A DNA stretch of 64,000 bases from Paraphysomonas bandaiensis (taxonomy: Eukaryota; Protista; Chrysophyceae). Below the pieces are notes generated by a model. It did not search any database. It saw nothing but the letters and a program-made list of their open reading frames with translations, and was not told where the DNA came from. Both the position numbers and the translations under genes were made by a program. Where the stretch lies: contig CBFFRP010000147.1 in assembly GCA_965644295.1 (NCBI GenBank), forward strand, positions 62,001 through 126,000, written 5' to 3'. Positions 30,151 to 42,176 of the stretch are shown here, piece by piece (positions within the stretch are counted from its first letter, which is position 1; each line of letters opens with the position of its first letter).

Positions 30151-30444
30151 CACGGGGTGGGATAGGCTCCTTCTAGCAGGAGAAGATGAGATTAATGACT
30201 GGCTATTAGAGGGGAGTGAAGTATGACTGTGATGTGTGATGAGGAGGTGGGTATATACATACAATTCATGTGTGTCAGTTTATACATACATATACACTAC
30301 TGCTGTACATACACACCTACAGTACGTACAAATTATTATGCTGCACTTGCATATGTATATACACGTATACATACATACTATACCCTGGTCGTAGTAACTG
30401 CTATATACGATGGAATACTGTGTACTTGAATACGTATGATGTTT

Positions 30445-30445
30445 G

Positions 30446-30476
<31 letters not shown>

Positions 30477-30483
30477 GTATGTA
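30445..30483. repeat. Short (TATG)n tract in the divergent PP1/amidase intergenic region
   Basis: Directly visible. Confidence 0.9.
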
Positions 30484-30525
30484 TACTCGGTGTGTGTATG
30501 GTATGATACCACTATCTGTATCTCA

Positions 30526-30676
30526 CGTATCAGCATCCTTCGTATATTTTTGTTCCTAGATGCCTCTAATATTGAGACAACAATTATCTGTATTCCAGCC
30601 GTAGTTGTATATCAGTAATATAGAGTATATTTGATTCAATTTATTCCCGAAAACTAAGATGCTGACTGCCGATTCG
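30526..30676 (-). mobile_element. 151-bp MITE-like element, copy 2
   Basis: Reverse-complement homolog of 6182-6332, same length, flanked by CA on both sides. Confidence 0.8.
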
Positions 30677-30745
30677 CAGTGTGTAGGTGGGTATGTGGTA
30701 TCATATATAGTCCTTCTCACCATATCAAACCACACATTCGACCCG

Positions 30746-33456
30746 ATGCTATTTCCCGGCACATCATTCCCTGTATGGGTCTGTATCTCAGCGCTATCGT
30801 TACTCGTAGTCTGCGTATGGTCCTTTTATCGTGTCATGGTATCAAACAGACGATCTCGTATACTGAGAGAGCGCATGAGGAATAAGAGGAAAGAGAGAGA
30901 CGAGAAGACTCATTCCTCTCTCTCTGAGCCCTCTGTGGATCCCCCTGTAATGATTGATGCCGTTCAGCTTATAGAGGAGTTGACTGCAGGCACACGTACA
31001 TACTCATCTGTTATGCTCAGCTGCATACGACGCTCTCATGATATCGGGAAGCTTAAGTTAAACGCAGTAACAGAAGAGCTATATGATGAGGGATATGAAT
31101 GTGCTAAAAGTCTTGATGCATTGCGTAGAAGTCGCACGAAATGGGCGGTTGTTGCTGACAAACCACTGCTCGGTGTTCCGATTTCAATCAAGGACTGCTT
31201 CGCCCAACGAGGCACAGACTGTACACTAGGTATAGCGGCACGATGTTTCATGCACCACGAGGAGGATGGATTACTTGTGAAGCTACTGAGAGATGCAGGC
31301 GCAATCCCATTCGTCAGGTGGATAACTGTTTATGACAACTTGTTATACGGCTCTTTCTAATATGTGATCTTATTCTTATCTATCCGCTGCTAGGTCAAAT
31401 GTTCCTCAGCTATTAATGATGCCAGAAAGCGACAACTGTGTTTGGGGAGCTAGCAATAATCCTTACGACGTATTTCGCACAACTGGGGGATCATCGGGAG
31501 GAGAAGGTGCATTAATAGCGTCTGGGTGTTCAGCGATGGGACTTGGATCTGATATTGGTAAGGCGATTACTATTATATATGCCTATTTGGGTAGCTGTAT
31601 TCGTTCCATCCAGCACATCATACCAATATAATCACGGTTTAATATATAGGGGGCTCCATACGCATACCCGCACACTATTGTGGAATTGTCGGTTTCAAAC
31701 CCACTCCAGCTCTATTAACGAAGAATGGTGCGGCTTCCAATAGGTTTCGTAACCGAAATGGACAGATTGCGGTGGTGCCTACGGCTGGACCTATGGCGAG
31801 GAGCGTGCGAGATTGTGCGGCAATGATGTCCGTTCTGTGTTCGGCAGAAGCTAGGTGGGAGGGCAGCGTATCTGTTTGACCTTGTAATAATTGTGTTGCA
31901 GGAAAGAAGACATGACAGTCCCTCCTGTGCTGTGGCGCTCTGATGTAGTGGAGAATGGGCGGCCAATGTGGTCTGTTTCTCCCACAGAAACGATTGCTGA
32001 ACCACAGTGTCTCAAAATTGCCGTTATGACTACAGATCACTGGTGTGTACTGCAGACTGCCATTCACTTTTCATGCCACAGTTTTCCTTGCACCTATATT
32101 TATAATTTATCTGAATAGGTTTGAGCCGGTACCAGCGTGCAAGCGAGCTGTTGATGTTGCAGTCGAAGCACTCAGATCTATGGTACGCGTAGTGCATATA
32201 TAGATGCCTATGAATCCATTGCTAATGTATTTATTTTTGATAGGGCCATACCGTTGTTTCATTTGAGCCCCCCTGTGACGGATGGAAAGTTGTGTCAACA
32301 TACATTAAACTAATGAGCGCTGATGGCAACTGGTAGGTGACGTGCATGTATATAGCTATTTTTTCGTTGAACACCTACATACTCTAACATTGATTTCATA
32401 TACAGGTACTCGTTTATTCGGTAGGCCACGTGAAAGCTGTGCGCATGCTGTAACCATATATGTTTTGCAGAGCTTTGGAGGGTGAAGAGCTTAGTGACTC
32501 CTATCGCAAGCTACAGATATTCACTGAAATCCCTAATTTCTTGCGCCCCATGATCATTAGCGCGCTTAATATGATGGGAGAGTCTCGTAAGGCCATGCTT
32601 TTAGAGATTACAAAGTCAGGTTTGTTCAGTGCGTACTGGGAAACCACGCGTGTTGATTATTATATCAATTTTCTCAGGTGGTTTGGATGTAAGAGAGTAT
32701 TGGGAAGCCGTGGCAGACATGAAAGAAATTCAAGAGGTATTGTAGCTTTATATATCGTGGGTACGTTGATGATAATTCATTTTAGGCTTATGGCAAGGCT
32801 TTCAAGGCCAACGAATACGATGCAATGATTCTTCCCGCTCTTGGCATTACAGCTCCTCCCCATGGAATGGCGAGTTGTGACATGTAGTGCAAATATAATC
32901 TCATGTCCATGTTTTATTTGACAGGCAGCAGAGCTTTTGAGCGCACTGAGCTACACTTTTCTTGGAAATTTGTTGCACTGGCCTGGGGGTGTCGTTCCTG
33001 TTACTACGGTACTACATAGTATACTGTACTATGCATATACTGTCATGGGATACATTGATACGTTAGGTTGCATGTTGCACTTGTGTGTGGTAGCTATATT
33101 ACAGTGTTTGGCTATATTTAGGTAGAAGACTCTGAGGACACATATGATATGAATTCTCTTCCCGTAAATCAGCGTGATTCTATCAGTAAGGTAGGTACTG
33201 TTTCATTAACTCTGCTGATGATTTTGATATGTGGCATACGCAGCTAACTGCGACTGCAACTAAGGGATCCGTCGGATTGCCTGTTGGGGTTCAGGTGGGC
33301 TGGTTTCTTTGATATATGGTATAACTATTGTACTTACGACACGGAAACTTTCATTAGGTCATGACTCCAATGTGGGAAGATGAAAACTGTCTGTTCGTGA
33401 TGGCGGAGATTGAGAGGGCTGTTGAGTTCAACACTCTGCCACCCGACTGTGACTAG
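30746..33456 (+). CDS. Amidase-signature family protein (FAAH-like) with an N-terminal membrane anchor; many short introns
   Basis: LLGVPISIKD, R|SNVPQ, GGSSGGEGAL, GSDIG|GSIRIPAHYCG..GFKPT, GLPVGVQ. Confidence 0.9.
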
Positions 33457-34284
33457 AGTGGCCGTTAAGTAAACGATCGTCATTGTAGGACTTATTTTGA
33501 AGCACACTGCCTGTGTGGAATGCAGATAGTGTATGAATTGTGATATTGTCGCTGAAATTTTGTCTACGAGCGGCGCTAATATTTGAAATAAAATAATTGA
33601 TACAACTTTCTCACGCTATAACACATGAGATTATGTATACTACCCTTTGGGTATGCAGTTGTATCAGACAGCAGCAGTTACGGAGTAATGCGATCGAATA
33701 TATTGGTGCTGTAGTGAAGTGCTAATCTGTTAAGGACTAGCCTCCATAAGCAACGCCTATATCACATGTATGCATCATGCATCATCCAGCCATATTTACC
33801 AGGGATCTTAGGGGGCCATGCTGCCCCTCACTTAACAAAGGTGTCCGTTTCATTATATCGGACACCAGCGGACGGTGCACGGTACATTCAAAATTCTAGC
33901 TTATCCTGATGCTTTGCAGGTACCAAATTCATTAACATCAAATGATATTCAGTTGGCGGAACTGCTGTGGTGTGGCTATGTGCTGTGCGTTGCCGTGTTG
34001 CCTACAAGGTTCATATATCTATATTTTCCTGGGGTACTCTCCTGAATCACAAGTAGATAATAAAAAACAATGGGGATAAGTTTATAAAATTATTTATAAT
34101 TTTATAATGCCATGTACATTTCCCACCACTATTTAGCTAGATTTTATTCGAACAGTTGTATTTCAGTGGCTAACAATCAAGTAAACACTTTACTTGCACT
34201 CATGTTGAATAGTATATTCTATTCACGTTGTAATAGATATAGATCAACATAATTCATTCCATACTGTTTTCGTTAGCAAGAAAA

Positions 34285-35265
34285 CTATAATGCAGATTCA
34301 CATGATGCATATATATCTTCAAATCGTTTCTGGTTGTCGGCAGCGCATTGACATCTGTGTGATAAATTAGGAAACAGCACCGATACTGCAGCCCAGAGGG
34401 GAATCACAACATGTTTGATAAATGAGGCCTGGGATTTCGACATAGTAGCTCGGTCTTCCATTCCTGTCATATACGATGTAACAGGAAGACCTGCCCCCTT
34501 TTCATCGTGAACCTGTTTTGTAAACTCGGCACAAATCCGATTTCCCCATTGAGTAGACAATTGCTCGCCCATGACCTGTCCACCTAGATCAGCTGCATGC
34601 ATGAGATTGCCTAACAGTCGCTGCCGACTGTCATTATGAGACAAAAAATAATCGCTCAAAGAATCACTGAAATTACGATCAGTGTTGCCAGTCTCAGTAG
34701 TTTCAATAACTTTCTGAGGCCATGACTCTAAGTCTGCAACATGCTGAACATGTAATGCGGCATCAGTAGCGATAATTGCTCGAGTAATGGCAAGTCGCAG
34801 AGCTTTCTGTTCGTCGACAGGTAAGTGTTCAAAAATATTATTCTTGTCAAGTAAGCAGTGAAATGTGGAGGCATGGTGTCGTTCCAGCACAGAGTCATCA
34901 CCGTGTGAGAGGGCCAACTCAGACCGCATTGCAACTTCAAAATCATTATTATGTCCAGGATGATCCACATCATGACAGTAAGCTGCAAGTAAAAACACGA
35001 GTTTGTCTTGTATTGTAAAGCACTTGTCAGCACCACTTCTGAGTATCTGATAGGCGACCTGCATAACTGACCACCCGTGCTTGAAGTTATGGAATGAGTT
35101 GTCTCTGTAGAGCTCTCTGACACTGCACATGAAGACTCTGAGCATGTTTGGGTCGATTGAGAACTCTCTGATGAGATCGTATGTGTGTAGCATCTCTTCA
35201 GTGTATCTGTAGAGTGTATCATCATCTGTAGTGAAGGGATCGATATCCCAACTATCCACACTCAT
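34285..35265 (-). CDS. Class I 3',5'-cyclic nucleotide phosphodiesterase (catalytic domain; true 5' end uncertain)
   Basis: FHNFKHG, HDVDHPGHNN, SVLERHH, ATD, MHAADL, EFTKQ, SQASFI. Confidence 0.9.
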   Translation of the reverse strand: MSVDSWDIDPFTTDDDTLYRYTEEMLHTYDLIREFSIDPNMLRVFMCSVRELYRDNSFHNFKHGWSVMQVAYQILRSGADKCFTIQDKLVFLLAAYCHDVDHPGHNNDFEVAMRSELALSHGDDSVLERHHASTFHCLLDKNNIFEHLPVDEQKALRLAITRAIIATDAALHVQHVADLESWPQKVIETTETGNTDRNFSDSLSDYFLSHNDSRQRLLGNLMHAADLGGQVMGEQLSTQWGNRICAEFTKQVHDEKGAGLPVTSYMTGMEDRATMSKSQASFIKHVVIPLWAAVSVLFPNLSHRCQCAADNQKRFEDIYASCESAL

Positions 35266-35448
35266 ATCAGCAATCTATCACGGGTATGTTGATGATGTAG
35301 CTTTAGATGATACTCATCGCATCATATAGTCGTATATGTGCACTGCAATGCAACTGTGTGTTACGTCGATTGAACTACTAGCACCCGTACCGCCAAGTGT
35401 TCCCTCAAGATCCGGCCCATCGGCGATACTTCCAGACTCCGTGACATA

Positions 35449-35600
35449 CGTATTGCAGAGTCTGCATCTTATTTTTCGGAAATAGATTGATGCAAATATA
35501 CTCTATATAACTGCAGTACAACTACGGCTAGAATACAGAGAATTGTTGTCTCAATATTTGAGGCATCTTTGAACAAAAATATTCAAAGGATGCCGATATG
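35449..35600 (+). mobile_element. MITE-like element, copy 3 (left TIR decayed)
   Basis: Colinear with 6182-6332; right terminus TGCCGATATG. Confidence 0.75.
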
Positions 35601-36282
35601 TCCTCAGCCCAGAAAAACGAGAAAAACGGTAAGAGGTATGCGGTTTACCCCAATAATGGAGCTCTAACTGTGCTGTGTGCAAGAGACACATTGAAAGATA
35701 GCAACAATTACAAGACAATATAGACATAAGACAGCTATATAACAACCATTTAAAGGTAATATCTACATTAGATATGCTATTGTACATTCAGTATACAGTG
35801 TATGAGAATAGAAAATCAGTTGATATGTTGATGTCATGCACTCGTACTGTGTCGACATGTACATATATAGCACGTACGTACATACAGGCTTACTTAAACG
35901 CCTAGATATGTTTTAGTGGGAAAAGTGGTATACTAGCTTCTAGTAAAGGAAGGTCTACATGCATTTGATGGTTTACTGTTTATTTCTAATAATATGAGGA
36001 CTTCAACTCTGCATGGACACCATAGCACCAAGCATAATGGCAATAAGTTCCATATCAGCTTGTATTAACATTTAGTCTAATCACTAGGTACCTTCTGTCG
36101 TTAGTATATTTTCTTCCATCTTATTAAGAAGCAACCGCGCAGTAAACGTATCGACCTTAAATTATCTATATTCTATGCATTTGAAGCATTAATTACTCAA
36201 CACTTTAAACAATAACCTGTGTACATATGCATCTAACCACGTCATGATAATAACATAGCCACAGATTATACAAATCGAGGTA

Positions 36283-38038
36283 TTATATGTTGTACAAAGC
36301 ACGGTACTTTGTATTCAAGTACGAGGTAAAGCACTTAGGATCCATCGGTTTGCCAGTGACGTGCTGTAGGAGATCATCGGGTGAGGAGTAAAGAGATCCT
36401 ACGCTATGGATATTCTTTCTCAGATACTCTCTGATTTCTGTAAACTCTCCCCGCCTAACTTTTCCCCTCATATCAGGTATGTCACGCAACGCGGTCTCAT
36501 ATATCTGAGCAGCAATTATCGCACCCAGAGTATAACTGGGGAAATAGCCAAAGGCCCCAAAGCTCCAATGTACATCTTGTAGTACACCAGATTTGTTGTC
36601 TGGTACCTCGACAGACAAGGAACTCTTCATCATAGCGATCCACTTTTCCGGAAGAGATTCCAAAGAAATAGAGTTCGAAAATATATCTTTCTCTAGGTCG
36701 AATCGCAGCATGATGTGCATAGGGTAGGTGACTTCGTCTGCGTCCACTCTAATTAAGCTAGGTCTTACCTGGTTGACAAACTCATAAAAATCCTGCGCAG
36801 TGCAGTGCTTAGTATGTGGAAAATGCTTATGTACTAGTGGTGTCGCCCAGATCCAAAAGTCCAGAGACTGGAAAATCATGCGCTCCCAAAAAAGGCTCTG
36901 CGACTCGTGCACGCCCATACAGAGAGCTCGACTGACTGGCAAGTCGTTATAGGTGCTGTTCCTACCTTGCTCGTATAAACCATGTCCAACCTCATGTACA
37001 GTGCCGGCAATTCCCTCCAACCAATTCTCAGTCGAGTATCTCGTTGTGATGCGAACATCAGTTGGGTGGGGCCCACCTATACAAAGTTACTCATCGCAGA
37101 ATTCTATCATATTTTCTGGCACCTGTGAAGGGGTGAACGCTGACATCAAATCTGCCTTTAGTAAAGTCAAACCCTATAGCTTCTGCTATCTCTCTGCAGA
37201 GCTCACGCTGCTTGTCAACATCCCACATGTCACCACCCCTAAGTGCATAGGGAGGACTGTAGTTCGCCAAAGCATCGGACTTGAGGATATCCGATACCAA
37301 CGGTTGCAAGTCCTGTTTCAGAAACTGAAACACTTCATCAATGCGAGCAGATTTCATCCCTCGCTCATAGTCGTCAATCTGTGCGTCGTACGACGATAGG
37401 TGAGGTTTGGTGGCTTGAGCAACTTCTTTCTTTAATTCCACCATCTCCTGTAGAACAGGACGAAAGCTATCCCAGTCGTTATTACTTCTCGCACTCACCC
37501 ATGCCGCGTATCCTTTCCCTTCCAACTCTGCAATCCGCATCGCCATTGACTTCGTCCTGTTCTTCTGCACGGTATAGTCTCTCCATGCATCGCGGACGAT
37601 GGCTTTGTCGTATTCATTCACATCATTGTCATCTTCCAATTTATCCAATAAATACTTAATATCAATCCCAAGCTGCGCATCAGTCTTTTTCTCATACAAA
37701 ACACCGGCAAGAGCCGCCTTTTGATCATTTCTCGCCGTAGCTGAGTTCGAAGGCATCATTACAGCTTCATCCCTGCACAGATATCAGTTATACCTATCTC
37801 AACATGCCATTAGAGACCATGAAAGCAAAGCAGATATGCCCTCCAGGCGTTCAATCTCAGACAGACGGCTCTTAACGCTATCGTATACACCGCTGAACAT
37901 GGTCTGATCGGAGGCCCGGCTGTCGCATATAGAGGAGGAATGCAGAGAGCACAGAGGAGATGAGAGAGAGGCTGCGACTGGAAGAAATACAGACGTTCTT
38001 GTTAGTAGAGCCTTCATTCTAACTGAAATTGCAATCAT
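36283..38038 (-). CDS. Metallocarboxypeptidase of family M32 (carboxypeptidase Taq-like) with an N-terminal extension; 3 exons; start at 38038 or 38017
   Basis: LLSW|DEAVMMP, IDDYERG, GRFDVSVHPF, RITTRY, HEVGH (HEXXH), HESQS, IRVDADEVTYP, GVLQDVHW, GYFPSYTLG. Confidence 0.92.
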
Positions 38039-38113
38039 ACAATAAACACAACTGTACACTATACTCTATTTAACATAAACAAACTCCCCCTCAAATATCC
38101 ACACCAGCATGAG

Positions 38114-38352
38114 ATGTATGTATGTATGTATGTATGTATGTATGTATGTATGTATGTATGTATGTATGTATGTATGTATGTATGTATGTATGTATGTATG
38201 TATGTATGTATGTATGTATGTATGTATGTATGTATGTATGTATGTATGTATGTATGTATGTATGTATGTATGTATGTATGTATGTATGTATGTATGTATG
38301 TATGTATGTATGTATGTATGTATGTATGTATGTATGTATGTATGTATGTATA
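38114..38352. repeat. (TATG)n microsatellite, ~60 units; continues as (TAGG)n/TATG at 42040-42075 beyond the inserted transposon
   Basis: Directly visible. Confidence 0.97.
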
Positions 38353-38356
38353 GGTA

Positions 38357-41300
38357 GGAAGGGGGGGCTCTATTATGAACCGTTTTTTGGCCATTTTCAT
38401 CGCTCATATAGGCAACCTTTTAAATCATGACTTATCAATCTGAGCATATCATGAGATCAGGCTTGCTCTCAACTTAATTTCATATTATTTGATCAGCTTC
38501 TCTCATAATTTGGTTCTGATGCTATAGCTCGCCAAAGTGAACACCTTAAGGCGATTTTCAGTCGTTCAAAAAAACAGGTCCCCTATTATGAACCATTTTC
38601 AAAACGTAGAGTTGACAGGCATATTCACATTATTACACATATCTCAACACATATACTAATAGTGCAGACATGTTTCATGACAGTTAGAATAATATTATAC
38701 TGCTTGACACGCCTGTGTGCTCTGATCCTTGCAATTCATTCTACGTCTACAGATATTGTAGAGTTTATGTGATTCGTCGTGTTTGTGATTCATGAGTGTC
38801 ATATCTGTAGTGTGACTCTATACCCACTTATATGAGTTAAAATAGAACTAGTACCATTGTTTTGAATTAATCAGAAGTTTATTTTACTCCATGGCGCCTA
38901 TGCCGAAGCCATATTCATGTGATAATCCAAATGAAACAAATCCATAGACCCTAATAGCAAGAGACCCGCAGTCCTGTCGAGATTCTCTAGAAACGTTAGG
39001 AGTAATGTAAATGTTGATAGACTTACTAGGTAAACCTTCCAGACTATTCATTGGTCGTTTCGTGACAATGTAGAGCCCCGTTACAGTCGTATTTGTATAT
39101 GTAGGATATAGTAGGACACTGAGGCACTATTCAACTACCCATTAGTAACTACCAGGCTGGAATTCTTAACGCGCACTAATAAAAACTTGGTAATTAAAAG
39201 TGTTTACTCTCAGTTAATCATATTAATATTAAAGGAAATAATCGAAAAGATAACCCACTCAAGCTAGTGACACGACTAGTACCCAATTTTGCTACACTAG
39301 TTAATCATATAAAACTTAAAGCTAATCGAAAAGATAAAATAAATCATACACAAATTGCTCATACCATGGTGGTGTCATATACAAGGCCTCCATCTACTAA
39401 ATTCAGACTTGCTAACCGTACCTTCATCGGCGACTCCAACAATGCAATCAGGTGGGCTTTAGTCCCCGGCTTGACGAAGGCGCTGATAGTTTCAGATGAC
39501 CTGGGGAGTACAGCTATCAATGCCTTGAGAATATCGACCGTTTCATATCTCCAATTGAAGGTGGGAATTTCGCGGATAGATTCTATGACGCGTTTGTATA
39601 CCACCTGCTGCTTCATGAGGGTATTCTTAGCCTTCTCATTTGCAGTCTCCTTTCTGGCCAACTTATCGGCCGCCTTCTTCTCCATCTGTGCGGCAGCGGC
39701 TTGTACCCTGTCGACGGTGGCCTGAGTGCAGCAGTGCCCAGTGGTTGTGTTCACCACCCGCTGCGCCGCTACCTCGTCATCAATTTCCTCCTCCCCAGAC
39801 TCATTGTCACTACAATCGGTATCTAGAAGACATGTAGGCGCTGCCCTTGGAATGGTGATTTTTTTTAGCCTGTTCTCTTCCTCTCGTCGCTTTGCAAGCT
39901 CCTGGGCAGGGACGATAAAACTTTTCTCAAAGAGACTGTGGGAGTAGGCATTCACAAGAAGTCCATAGGTGTCATCCACCCCTGGGATAGGCTCCTTCCA
40001 TCTCACACGTTTCATCCCAGCAACATCAGGGGCATCCTCGACAATAACCTCCCTCACTTGGGCCGCTTCCACTTTCCGGTCATTATCTCTATCATCTGTA
40101 CAATAGATGGCGGATATCATGGTACCGGAGGTGACTCTAGCAGGATCGGCCTGGGAACTGACACCAATATCTGGAAGGGGATCAACTAGCGGCCACGTCA
40201 TTGTTTTGACAAAGGCCTTAATGATGCAGTCCTTAAGATCTGGTTCTGCCTCAAATTTACGCCAAGCCTCGGTAATGATTTTGTTGAAATCTCCTTTGCT
40301 GAGCAGTTCTCCAGGATGTTGCATCTTCCACGCAAAGAACCGCTTCCGGTAGAGGCTCTTGAGCATGGCGTTGGGGCCGTTGTCTATGGCAGCATCCCGA
40401 ACAGAGTTTTGCGCACACAGAAAATTAATGTGAATATTATGATTCACTGCAAAGGCTAGACTATCCGGATCTAAGTGAGAGTGGTGCCCATCGACATAGA
40501 TCCACTTGGGGCGGCCGGCGGTACTCATAGAGAAGACTGCAACCTTGAAGGTGTCCTTATCAGCATAGCCGGACTTAGTACAGTCCACGCCAAATTCCTC
40601 CCCCAGATTCATGGAGAAGTTACCCTATATATATTCAGTCCTGAATATGTATGAACATGTAGAGAATATACTTTACCTTCATACTTGAGCCTTGGTGCAC
40701 GATGATTGGGGCTGTGAGGGTACCGTTGGCACGGATGCCGTACAACAGGGTAACCCAGAAGGGCGCCCTCTCTCCATGACGAGCCGAGAATCGTCTCTCC
40801 TTTCCATCCTTGAATAAGCTAAAGGTTTTGTAAGCCCTTCCCCAGGGATCAAAGCCGATCTCGTCCCAGTCTTCAACATCCTCTCCACCTGGACCACCCT
40901 TGGGGAGAGTGCCTGAGTTGATGCAGTCAGCCATATGAGCAAGGAACTTCCTAGCCATTGTGCTTTGCCGTGTTGGATCTGCAGCCTCCGCACGCCTGAA
41001 GCTAATCTCAGAAGTTTTGCTAATTGTTGGTCTGGTGTTCTCCGCCCACTCATAATCCTTCGGTGTTAAGAAGTTATCCTTTAAAAAGTTCTTCCCGCAT
41101 TTGGCCTTCCTAAGTCGTTCAGACTGATTCGTAGCGACCCCCCCGTTCGCCGCAGTGACAGCATCCGCATATTGGTGGCAGTATTGCACTGCGAATTCTG
41201 ACATTTCGCTTCGACTATACCCATAACCAGCTTGGTCATGGAGGTCGAACTTCACTGCCATCAAATCCCTGTCAAGACGTGATCGCAGGAGGGGAGGTGG

Positions 41301-42039
41301 TCCGGATAGAGGAAACTGCAACTCGTCGATGACATTGGCCACCAAATGATGATTCGTATCGTCTGAGACAAAAGCGTTCATTACCGACAGAGATTCCATA
41401 TCGAGACATTCCCGAAGAAGGCTTATATCCCTCGTTAGAGTAGAAAATGGAACTCCAAACTGCTCCAGGATCTCGCTCCGCTTCATTTTGCCAATAACGC
41501 GGGCTTTTAGGGCTGCAACACGTTCCTCAAGGGTGTAGACCTTCCTGCTTTGTGGAAAATTGATGCCAGGGAGGGATTTGGCGGTTGCTCTGATGGTCCG
41601 CTCAGGTGCCCGGGAGGAGCCTGAATTAAGGTGATCTATAGACGGGAGTGCCCCCAACAACCTATTCACAACCCTTTTTTCAGGTACAGATACAGGCATA
41701 TTTCCAGTCTTAGTCGCTTTCATTACTGATGCAATTATATTAATAGTGGAGGGGGCGGGTCGCTTGCATCGTGCTGTTAATGGTGGGAGGCCACCATGAG
41801 GATTCATGTCACTTATCTCTATAAATATGAGATGAGAGTGTGATCTGAAGGGGCCAGTGTGTCAAGCATACTCAAGTTAGTCTAAGCATGTTACCGTATA
41901 TACTAATAGAGACGCTGCCAGCACTTCATTCGAGGAAATAGTGATTGAAGTCCACAAATCTTCCGAATTCGTTTTCAGAAAATGGTTCATAATAGGGTCC
42001 AAAAAAATCAAAATGGTTCATAATAGAGCCCCCCCTTCC
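38357..42039 (-). mobile_element. Full-length pogo/Fot1-type (Tc1/mariner superfamily) DNA transposon, 3683 bp
   Basis: TIR GGAAGGGGGGGCTCTATTATGAACCRTTTT at both ends, TA on both flanks (38355-38356, 42040-42041), inner copies of CTATTATGAACC at ~38583 and ~41985. Confidence 0.93.
39359..41807 (-). CDS. DD35D transposase (~798 aa after splicing out 40625-40676): Psq-like HTH plus DDE_1 domain
   Basis: YTLEERVAAL..FGVPFSTL; WDEIGF; VTLLYGIRANG..APIIVHQG; TKSGYAD; VDGHHSH-(35 aa from the D)-IDNGPN; the 52-nt GT-AG intron joins the two ORFs in frame. Confidence 0.9.
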
Positions 42040-42176
42040 TAGGTAGGTAGGTAGGTAGGTAGGTATGTATCTATGTGTAGGCAGGGTAGTATAGTATGGT
42101 GATTGTTATGGCATGGTATTGAGGGGAGTGTATAGTGTATGTTCAGTAGTGCTGTGGTCATTGCAACACTACCACA

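Noticed and set aside
33799-33830. GC-rich cagggatcttagggggccatgctgcccct motif resembling a hAT-MITE end (similar patch near 20720-20770)
   Set aside because: No matching opposite TIR or TSD found.
39130-39205. Weak similarity to the LINE 3' tail inside the pogo element
   Set aside because: Only ~11 nt of exact match in AT-rich DNA; insufficient.
39359-41807. Two-ORF transposon, or a Fanzor/TnpB-type cargo nuclease
   Set aside because: A 52-nt intron joins the ORFs into one DDE transposase; no RuvC or zinc-ribbon motifs seen.
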